A stretch of 20,000 bases of DNA from Gonapodya sp. JEL0774 (lineage: Eukaryota), in assembly GCA_027604505.1 (NCBI GenBank), contig JADIIX010000005.1:295341-315340 (forward strand). Direction: 5' to 3'. The notes beneath the pieces were generated by a model that saw only the letters and a program-made list of their open reading frames with translations, was not told where the DNA came from and searched no databases. Made by a program: the position numbers and the translations under genes. Positions 11,501 to 20,000 of the stretch are shown piece after piece. How positions within the stretch are numbered: position 1 is the first letter of the stretch; the number at the start of each line of letters is the position of its first letter.

Positions 11501-12731
11501 TGGATTGTGCAGTCCTGGCGATATTGGTGCGGATGTGTGCCATCTCAACTTGCATAAGACGTTCACTATTCCTCATGGCGGTGGTGGGCCGGGAATGGGA
11601 CCTATTGGTGTGTGAGTGTTTGCAACGCTGATGGCGTTGGCGACAAGTTTGACTATGAATTCACCTTAACGGTGTGTCCACAACGTTCTAGTAAAGCGCA
11701 TCTCGCCCCGTTCTTGCCTGGGCACCCGCTTGCCAAGGTCGGTGGTGGCTCCGCTATTGGACCCATTTCGGCGGCACCTTGGGGATCCGCCAGCATCTTG
11801 CCCATTTCGTGGGCATACATCAGAATGATGGGTATGTTGGAACAACTTTCCTCGACTCGTTTCCGTGTATGCTGGGTTTTTATCCCGTGTGCGCTTACTC
11901 CTCAGGTGATACCGGTTTGAAGAAGGCCACGGAGTATGCCATCCTCAACGCTAACTACATGGCGAAACGGCTTGAGCCTCACTACAAAATTCTTTTCCGG
12001 AATGAGAATGGATTCTGCGCTCACGAATTCATTATTGATGCGCGGCCTTTTAGCACCTCGGCAGGGATCGAAGCTGTGGATATTGCAAAGCGTCTTCACG
12101 TGAGTGTCACACGCCGCCCTCATTGTGCCAATTCCGCCCGTCATAGCTTATTTAGAATGTTGTTATTCACTGGTGGCACCGAATGAATAGGACTATTCGT
12201 TCCATAGTCCCACCATGTCGTGGCCTGTCGGTAATACCCTCATGGTGGAGCCAACCGAATCGGAGCCCCGATCCGAACTCGACCGATTCTGTGACGCCAT
12301 GATTGCCATCCGACACGAAATTGCTGAGATAGAGTCCGGAAAGCAACCCCGCGAGAACAATGTCCTCACGAACGCGCCTCACACACAAGAAGTCCTCCTC
12401 GCTGAGAAGTGGGACCGACCGTATTCTCGAGAGCAAGCTGCTTACCCGGTCGCAAGCCTACGTAAGCGGAAATTCTGGCCCACAGTCTCGAGGTAAGGAC
12501 GCAGTGTTCTCTTTTGTTGAATCAATTGCGAATCCACTCCCTTCCAACTCACGTTCGCATCGTGACAGAGTCGACGACGCGTACGGTGACCGCAATTTGT
12601 TCTGCACGGTAAGGAACCTGGAGATTGCAAGTTTTGTAACAAAATTTTTATTCACATGATGCTTCACCACTTTGCTCAATAACTTCCGGATATGTTTTCG
12701 ACAGTGCCCTCCTCTTGAGATCGACGAATGA
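8512..12731 (+). CDS. GCV2: Glycine dehydrogenase (decarboxylating), glycine cleavage P-protein, mitochondrial precursor; 1035 aa, 10 exons
   Basis: Exons 8512-9091, 9190-9434, 9737-10147, 10246-10887, 11085-11611, 11692-11831, 11906-12099, 12191-12492, 12569-12608, 12705-12731 (3108 nt, phases consistent). Motifs: [91 protein letters not shown]-lysine [44 protein letters not shown]. The Arg/Ser-rich, acid-free N-terminus is consistent with a mitochondrial presequence. Confidence 0.98.
9476..9584 (+). ncRNA. Candidate intronic box H/ACA-like RNA in GCV2 intron 2
   Basis: Hairpin, then AGATGA (ANANNA, 9523-9528), then hairpin, then ACA (9579-9581). Folded by eye only; the stems are short. Confidence 0.25.
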
Positions 12732-12786
12732 AATTATAGCGACGAAATAATAACTACATGTATGCATTGACGTTAATAAGTTGCAA

Positions 12787-15700
12787 CTAGAGTTCCATGT
12801 CGGACGTGTTCAACAGCTTTCGAGGATAGGCCAGCACCGAGAGTGGGACGGGTGTCTCTGCGAGACCATCGTCTTTGATGACAGGCACGAAGTCGTCCAC
12901 GAGTGTGGCGACGAGCGGGTGAGTGAGAATCTGCTGGGCGGTGGGTCTCTTGCTCGCGTCCGGGTGGAGCATGGAGCGAATCAGATCACGGAGCGGCTGG
13001 GACGCCCGACTGAGGTCGCAAATCGAGAGATCGCCGACTCGGAGTCTGTGCCAGTCGGAGCCGAATTCAGGTAAGACGACGTTGGCTGTGATTTCCAGAA
13101 TGACGAGACCGAAGCTGGGTCGTAGGTCAGGGGTGGGCGGAAGGGGAACAAAGTTCGGCAAGTCTTTACGCAGAGTACATGGGGTTCTCTACCTCACGTA
13201 CCTGAACACGTCGGCTGGCTTCCCGTACGATGCCAATAGAATCTCTGGCGCAATGTAATTTCGGTCCCCTTCTCGTTCGGTATCGAGAGGCTACACAACG
13301 AGGAGGTCAGGGGGAGATGAGGTTCACGTTAGCAGATCACAACGACAGGAGTTCCCATTCCCCAACCAAAACCAATCAAGCAAAGACATATCCTCACCAC
13401 AGGCCAATACGTCGCGAGTCCAAAGTCACCGAGCTTGAGCCGACAATCTTTCGTGATGAGGATGTTGGCCGGTTTCACGTCCAGGTGAATGATATTGTAC
13501 CGATGGATGGTGGTCAAGGCCTGGTGTGGAGTCACGGTGGGGCGGGGCCCGCGGGCGAGTGAGAGGGACACGGGTGTGTTAGTTGACCGATCCGACCATG
13601 TTGATCTACCGCACACGACGGAAGTTTTGGCGACGGGATACTCACCACGGCGATATCAGCAACGAACTGCCAGACCCTGTACTCGTCAAACACGTCCGGA
13701 ACCGCCGCCAAGTCCTCCAAAAAGTCTTGCAAGCTGGGGGTTTTTGTCAAAACATTGGGGGGAAAGTGTGAGTACAAGTCCACCGGCAATGAGGACCCTA
13801 TGACGGGAATGGCCATGACGCCACACCGTCACGCCCTCGCCCGTCATTCCACCCTCGCCAACCTCCCCCGCCGCGCCTCCACGGTCCTATCACCCCCCCA
13901 CGCCCCGCCGATCCCCTGCGGCCACCCCAACAACCCACCTCCCGTTCTCGCAGAGCTCCATCTGCATGTACAGGAACCCTGCCTGCTCCCACGCGTCGAC
14001 GAGCTTCACGCAGTGGTTGGTGGTGCCGGTGCCGGTGCCGGTCAACTTCCACATGATCTCCACCTCTTCGAGTTTCATGAGCCTGGTCGGAGTCGCCGGG
14101 TGGTGTGTATGTGTGTCGGGGGGGGTGCGCGGCGGCGTGGGCGGGAATTTTCGCCATCAACTCGTCCTCGTCGCCCTCCCCCTTCCCCCCGTAGTCCATC
14201 CCCTCCATCCCCTCCATCCCATCGTCATCGTCGCGCTCCCTCTCCCCCATGAACCCCCCCCTCCCCCTCCCCCTGTGCCAAAACATGCTGTTGCGCCCTG
14301 TGCTCGCCCTATCCCTGTGCCCGAGCCCGAGCCCGTGCCCGCGGATGTTCCATGGCGACCACGATAGTTCCTCGCCACCACGACCGGCACCGGCACCGGA
14401 CGATCCGTCGGGACTTGCCAACAATCCCGACCCCGACCCCGACCCCGACCCCGAGCCCGCGACCGCGAACGGAAACGCACACGGGGAGGACGCGGAGGCG
14501 GAGGGAGCCGCCGAGGATGAGGACGGGGACTCGGCTGCTGCGGGGGAGAAGGGGAGGGCGAAGGGGAAGGGGAAGGGGAACGGGGATGGCGAGGGGAAGG
14601 GGACCGAACCTGGCACGTGGGTGTGGGTGGCGGGACCAGCACTGGTGCTGGCACAGGGCGAGTCGAGCCATTGCTGGTGGCGGGGGCGGGAGCGGGGGGG
14701 GAGGCGGGACGAGGTGGAGGTGGTGGTTGTGTTGCGACCCTCGGCTTCACCGTCCCCCTCGCCGAAATCCAACCTTCCCGGCCCCGACCCGCCCACGCCC
14801 ACGCCCACTCCCCCCTCCGCCACAGAGTCTACCGACCCCACCGACCCCACACTCCCCACACTCCCCACCGCCGTCCGCGGCGTCCACCACTGGACCGGCG
14901 TCACGGGCGTCACTGGCGTGGCCGGCATCGCGTGGGTTGCGGGTGTAGACGCTGGCGTCGTCGCGGGAAGTGCCATCGCGGGTGTCGTCTGCGTCCCATC
15001 ACCACCACCACCACCCCCACCCCCGCGTCCCCGCCCCTGGCCACGCGCTCCCCCACCCAACCGCCTGTGCACCACCCTGGTCCTCCCCGTGGTGGTGGAG
15101 GTGGAGGGGTACGAGGGGGTCCATGCCGGAGCGGTGGTGGTGGTGGGGGGCGGCTTGCAGGGCGTGGTGGTGGGGTCGAAGGGGAAGGCGGAGGCGGGGA
15201 AGGGGGACACGAGGGTGGTGTCGGGGTCGGGGTCGTCGTGGGGATGCTGGAAGGGGAAGGGGGAGGCGGAGGCGCGGGTGGAAGGGAAGGGGGAGCGGAA
15301 GGGGGTGGAGGGGAAGGGGGTCGAGGGGGTCGAGGGGGAGAAGGAGGAGTGGGCGGGGGTTGTGGTGATGGTCCTGGCGTGAGTGGTGGACGTGGAGGTG
15401 GACGTGGAGGTGGACGTGGAGGTGGACGTGGAGGTGGTCGCCCCGTGTGTTGTGGACGTGGAGGTGGCGGTCTTGTGGCCCACTCGGGCTCCGTTTGCGT
15501 TCCCATTCGCGTTCGCGTTCGCGTTCGGGTTCAGGTTCCCGTTCCCGGTCCCGTTTCTGTTTCCGTTCCGTAGTGCGCCGGTGAGGTCGGCGAGGGGAGG
15601 TCTGTCCCTTGGTCCGTTGGGGATGGGCCCTCCTTTGGAGCCGAAACCGAAAGCGAAGCCGAATGCGGAGTGGGAGTTGGGGTTGGGGTGAGCGGAGGAA

Positions 15701-16422
15701 GCAGCGGCAGTGGGGGCGGCATGGGAGGCGAGGGAGGAGAACTTTTTGGAAGGTGTTTCGGGGATGGGCTTTTTGGAGTGAGGAGGTGGGGGAGCGAATG
15801 GGAGGAAGGATGAGTGGTGGGATGAGTGGGAGGCGGGGAGGGAGAGTCTGGATCCGCCTCGGGTTCCAGATGGTCTGGGGTGGCGTCTTGAGAGCATTTG
15901 GCCCGAAGAGTGGAATATGCGGGGAGAAGGACGGGAGATTCTTTGAGGAGTGGCGATGGGGGAAGGGGAAGGAGGAATGAGAGGAGGGGAGTGTGAGTGG
16001 GTGAGGGTGTGGGGGGGAGAGGGAGGGGGGATGTGGACGTGGCGTGGGGAAGGGGGAGAGGAAGGGAGGGGAGAGCGGGGAGAGGGATCGATGAAGAGGC
16101 CCCGTTGGATGAGAGAGGGGGGTTTTGAGAACGAGAGTGAGGGGACTTGGAGTTGGGAGTGAGACAGTGCGAGTTTTGGGATTTTCGATTTTGAAGGGAG
16201 CGGGGTTGCTGGGATTTTGAAAGATGATTGGGAGAATGGGTGGAGAGAGTGGGTGGTGGTGGGGAAGGGGCTGTTGGGGCTGTTGCGGGACCGGGGAGGA
16301 CCCGTGGACGTGGAGGTGGACATGGGAGGAGGGAGGGCAGACTTGACCCCCAACGCGGACCGGCGGACGGAAACCGCGGATTCGATGTCCGAATGAACTG
16401 AGATCTGACCGCTCTCGCTCAT
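12787..16422 (-). CDS. WEE1: Wee1/Swe1/Myt1-family protein kinase with a long low-complexity N-terminal region; kinase subdomains I-II not present in this sequence
   Basis: Kinase exons 14082-13939 (RLMKLEEV..CVKLVDAWEQAGFLYMQMELCENG), 13733-13646 (SLQDFL..RVWQFVADI), 13520-13398 (IIHLDVKPANILI..KLGDFGLAT), 13290-13202 (EREGDRNYIAPE..KPADVFS) and 13114-12787 (WHRLRVGDLS..RPTAQQILTHP). EGD in the activation segment and HLDxKPxN are Wee1-family hallmarks. The upstream ORF (about 16422-14160) is S/T/P-rich with many SP/TP sites (e.g. IPETPSKK). The start is uncertain (16422, 16323 or further upstream), and the link between this ORF and the kinase exons is unresolved. Confidence 0.85.
14429..14452. 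repeat. (GACCCC)x4 hexamer repeat encoding GSGSGSGS in the Wee1 N-terminus
   Basis: Read directly from the sequence. Confidence 0.9.
15386..15433. repeat. Coding tandem repeat (GTGGACGTGGAG)x4 encoding poly-(Thr-Ser) in the Wee1 N-terminus
   Basis: Four exact 12-mers read directly. Single extra copies lie at 15452-15463 and 16304-16315. Confidence 0.95.
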
Positions 16423-16893
16423 CGCACGTCCTGATCCACAGCGATCTCGGTCTGTCCGCTGTTGGTGGAGCGTGTACAAATGTCCCCAGGGCGGTGTGCA
16501 AGGGCACCCGTACTCACATCCGCTTCTGTGGTCGCACTCGGCCCTCCTGTTTTGTTTGTTAAAATCGTACCCCAAGAACGGAAACGAAACCAACCAACCA
16601 ACAAAAAAGAGGAGATCAATCCCATACAGTACAGACACGGAAGCATCAGTCATCGTTCTCCTGTTCTGTTGTGTTTGTAACGAGCTTGCTGTTCTGTCCT
16701 CAGTTGTTCGGTTGGTAAACTCTCCTGCAAGAAACATTTCGTATTACATTGGTAGCAATGATGCAGGTGGGAGAGTGTTGGAGGCATGGGAGTTGAGTAC
16801 GACGCGCTGTGGCACAGTCATGTGGAGGCCTTCCCCTCTCGAACCTCTGCCCTGTCGTCTCTCCCCATCGCCCCCTCTCATTCTCTTCCGTCA

Positions 16894-17404
16894 ATGTTCG
16901 GTTTCCAGCCTGTGCGTCTTTTTTTTCTCTTTTCTCTTTTCTCTTTTCTCTTTTCTGTTTTCTCTCTCCCTCGGACCCTCTGACCCATCCATATTCTCTT
17001 TCCCCTCTCCTCCCATCACTCCCTCCCCTCCTCCCTCCCCCTCTCCAGCCTCAAATATCCTACGAAGAAGCTTTCGCAAAGAGAGTCGAAATCTACATCG
17101 GACTCGGTGCATTCGCGACCTACTGTGCTGCACTCAGACTCGGTAGGTATTGCCCGTACCATTGCACCACCCTTCCATCTCCCTGTCCTTCCCTTCCCCT
17201 ACCCCCCACTCTCTCATGCTCTGCTGCGGTCTCGCTCATCTCTCTCTCCGTTACTGTGTTCATCCCATATGTGCTCACTCACTCCCTTCCTGACCTCCTC
17301 TCAACTCCCGCCTCTTTCCCTCTTCCCCCATCCCCCGTCCCCCATCCGACATCCGTCCCTCCTCACCAGTCCCCCTCATCTTCGCAGACTCGGCTGACAT
17401 CTAA
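16894..17404 (+). CDS. TOM5: Mitochondrial outer-membrane translocase subunit Tom5-like micro-protein, 48 aa, 3 exons
   Basis: Exons 16894-16911, 17049-17142, 17370-17404 give MFGFQPPQISYEEAFAKRVEIYIGLGAFATYCAALRLVPLIFADSADI*. The MFG start, acidic SxEE, C-terminal hydrophobic helix and conserved Pro (AALRLVP) match Tom5. Donors are GTGCGT and GTAGGT. Each acceptor is the first AG downstream of its donor hexamer, following a long pyrimidine tract. Confidence 0.8.
16923..16964 (+). repeat. (TTTTCTC)x6 heptamer microsatellite in TOM5 intron 1
   Basis: Five exact copies plus one TTTTCTG variant. Confidence 0.9.
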
Positions 17405-17898
17405 TCCTCCGCCTCAACCTCCATCCTTCCTTCCATCCTTCTCCCACCTCCGCACACCATCCCTCTGTTCCTCTCGCCACCACACAATCTCGCCTCCTTC
17501 ACCACACCCTCCCCTCTTGCTCAAGGTTCAGAACTACCACGACCAGTCGGTCTCCATATGTGCATACGAATTGCGACCAGGTTCCCCAGGCACCGTCTAC
17601 CCGGCAGTACGACAATTGACAAGTGGACTCCCACGTATTCGCCGCGTGGCTCGTGACTCGTTTGTATCCCGTGAACGCGTTTGGATCGCGTGACGCGTGT
17701 TGTTCCCCTCGCTTGCGCATCCCGGACCTACGGACTCACGCTTGTAGATCGAGAGACTGAGAGACACACAATACATTTCACATTGCACATAGAGTTGTAC
17801 ACGCAACATGCACACAACCACACAATAGCCACCGCCCACGACCGTGTTTTCAATTTTTTTTTCTTTCAGATAGCTGTGTACTCAACATGACCACACAC

Positions 17899-19231
17899 TC
17901 ATGTGGACACCTCCATACTCTCCACCTCGTCCCGCAACCTATACAGCCGCTCTCGGACCACGTCCAGGAGGGCCGACGCGGTGTGGGTGCGCTTGGCGGG
18001 GTGGGAGTGGGGGGGAGTGGTGACGTGGGGACGTGGGGGAGTTGGTGAGTCGGGGGGGTGCGAAAGGGTGGATAAGGGGGAACATGGAAAACGGGGTAAG
18101 TGAGAAGGAAGGCAAGGGGTCAGTACGGTGGCGTGACGGTGTCGTGGTGGGAAGGGAAGGCAAGGGAGATGGGACGAGGGAAGAGGGACGAGGGAGGAGG
18201 TGACGACGGGGCACAAGGTGGATCAGCGTGGTGGGCCGGTGGGGGCGGGTGGAATGGTCCAGCGGTGGAAAGCGGGAAAGAATCGGGCGGGATGTGCGAT
18301 GTGGGGCGGGCCAAGGGTGGAACGGGTCGAGCCAAGTCCGGTGCGGTCCGGTCATGTTATGTCCCAAGACCACACCACGTTTCACGTTCCACGTCCACCC
18401 GCCCCGCCCTGCCTCCACCTCGTACACCGCACACCCGGTTACCCGCTCACCCGCTCACCCGCGCAATCCACCCCAACCCCAACCGCAACCAACTCCCCAC
18501 CCTCCACCTCCACCGGTTGCGGGTCCCTGCCCGCGGACCTTGCCCTCCGCCCACTGCATTCGCGATATAAAAAAAACGAAACCTTCGAACTCACCTTGAG
18601 CAGCGCGTCCCGCTCGAGAACTCGGGAGGGGTCGGCGGGGAGGGCGGAGGAGGTCTGTGGTTGGATTGGGGGGTGGGGGGGGGGGAGAGAGGCGGAGGAG
18701 AAAGTGGGTGAAAAGTGTGAGGGGAGTGGTGACGTGGGCAGCTGTGGAGTGGAGTGGGGAGCGTGGAGGGGGGTGGCCGAGTGCGTGGCCAAGTGACGAC
18801 AAGGCTGGCCATGATTGACCGGTCCCATGACACCGAAAAAACAACATCGGTGATCCGGACAGGAAAACGCGGTTGCCCAAATGCCCCCGTTTCTCGTTCC
18901 CAGACAAATGAAGGTCGCCCAGACACTTCCCCCACGCGGGGGCCAGTCCCACCTTCTCCACCGCCTCCCTCACCCTCCCCACCACCCTCCCCATCGCCTC
19001 GCGGACCACCGCCTCGTCCACCGTCACCGTGCCATCCTCCCGCTGCTCGCCCGGCCCACCGCTTCCGCTCCCACGGGGGCCCCCGTCCCAGCCCACTTCC
19101 AGGTCCACCGGAAGAGCAGGGGCAAGGTCAAGGTCGAGCCCAGCGTGGTGGACAAGGTATGCGTCAACGGTGGCCAGAAGGGAGGATAAGGCAGTGAGCG
19201 CGGGGGTGATGGGAGGGTCGGGGGGGAGCAT
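17899..19231 (-). CDS. Hypothetical helical protein, about 143 aa, 3 exons; C-terminal coiled coil weakly reminiscent of Mediator subunit MED30
   Basis: Exons 19231-18953, 18654-18595, 17991-17899, all phase 0. Donors are GTGGGA and GTGAGT; acceptors are CAG and AAG. Product: MLPPDPPITPALTALSSLLATVDAYL...EAVEK-TSSALPADPSRVLERDALLK-RTHTASALLDVVRERLYRLRDEVESMEVST*. The confidence refers to the gene model; the family identity is speculative. Confidence 0.65.
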
Positions 19232-19318
19232 GTGTGGTTCCAATCTCCTGCGATCGGGAGCCCCGTGCTGTGGTCACGCACACCCCGTCTTCACCTCCTT
19301 CCCCCCCCCACCCCCCCA
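19232..19318. promoter_or_regulatory. Very short divergent (head-to-head) intergenic region, probable bidirectional promoter
   Basis: Only 87 bp separate the ATG at 19231 (minus) from the ATG at 19319 (plus). Confidence 0.55.
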
Positions 19319-19969
19319 ATGTCCCTCTTCCCCCTCACCCTAGCCACCGACACCTGGGGCACGCTGGCGACCCACCTGCGCACCGTGTGTGTGCGTGTGC
19401 TTCGGTACGGCCGGGTCCCGCGACACGTGGCGTTCGTGATGGATGGGAACAGGAGGTACGCGGAAAAGTACGGCATGAGGGCTGTGGTGGGGCATGGGAA
19501 GGGGTATGAGGCGATGGAGGAGGTGAGCGGGATTGGGGGTGGGGGGTGGGTTGGCGGGTCGGCGGGGTGGGGTGGGGGAAGGAGCATGGGAGGCAACGTG
19601 TGGACAGGGGGAATTTTCTTTGGGATCAGGAAGCGTGTGACGAGGCAAGGTACGAGGGTTCGTGCCATGCAAGCACGGGAAACGGAAAACCGGGAACTGG
19701 ATCGACATCTCGCCTCCCCATGGGACGGACACATTCATTCAAGCGTCAACGAACCGCCCCGACTGTCCTTCCCTTCTCACCCCTTCCCCCATCCCCACAT
19801 AACCACCCCCACCCGTCCCCGCCAAGACTCTCGAATGGTGCCTCGACCTCGGCCTCGAATGGGTCACGGTGTATGCCTTCTCGGTGGACAACTTCAGGCG
19901 GGACAAGGCCGAGGTCGAGGGGCTCATGGGGCTGGCGAGGGATAAGTTTGAGCTGTTCGCGGTCGAAGG
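19319..19969 (+). CDS. RER2: cis-prenyltransferase / dehydrodolichyl diphosphate synthase (Rer2/DHDDS family), 5' part, truncated by window end
   Basis: Exon 19319-19522 (MSLFP...[16 protein letters not shown]...GHGKG) and exon 19827-19969 ([34 protein letters not shown]). The next intron starts GTGCGT at 19970. PxHVAFxMDGNRR and VTVYAFSxxNFxR are the conserved cis-PT regions I and III. Confidence 0.96.
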
Positions 19970-20000
19970 GTGCGTTTGGTCGTGTGAGGGGGGCGCGGGG

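Noticed and set aside
15386..15463. Regular short repeats superficially like a CRISPR array
   Set aside because: Contiguous 12-mers without spacers, coding for poly-TS in a eukaryotic gene.
13755..16507. Many long overlapping ORFs on both strands (e.g. 14249-15382 +, 14617-15573 +, 14999-16507 -)
   Set aside because: Stop-poor by-products of GC-rich, low-complexity Wee1 coding sequence, with no recognisable domains.
16809..17693. 294-aa Pro/Ser/Leu-rich plus-strand ORF
   Set aside because: Read-through of pyrimidine-rich TOM5 introns and UTR; only 17049-17142 is real coding sequence in that frame.

Overview
Gene-dense, intron-rich eukaryotic DNA. Protein families and intron style suggest a fungus, probably early-diverging (inference; taxon not provable here). 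I reconstructed seven spliced genes by hand: WDR59/Mtc5/Sea3 (GATOR2/SEA complex, minus, 10 exons); complex I 9.5-kDa subunit NI9M/NDUFA3 (minus, 3 exons); glycine decarboxylase P-protein GCV2 (plus, 10 exons); a Wee1/Swe1-family kinase (minus) whose subdomains I-II are absent from the sequence; a 48-aa TOM5-like micro-gene (plus); a 143-aa unknown, possibly MED30-like gene (minus); and the 5' part of a cis-prenyltransferase RER2/DHDDS (plus). No mobile element, CRISPR, tRNA or rRNA gene was seen. The most interesting signals concern splicing. GCV2 intron 2 is structured: a long-range helix pairs the 5' splice-site tail with the branch point and encloses an alternative acceptor that gives a premature stop and an H/ACA-like fold. 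There is also an unusually high share of AAG acceptors, one GC-AG intron, a 415-nt AG-free zone, and an abrupt change in composition and intron architecture near 13.5 kb.
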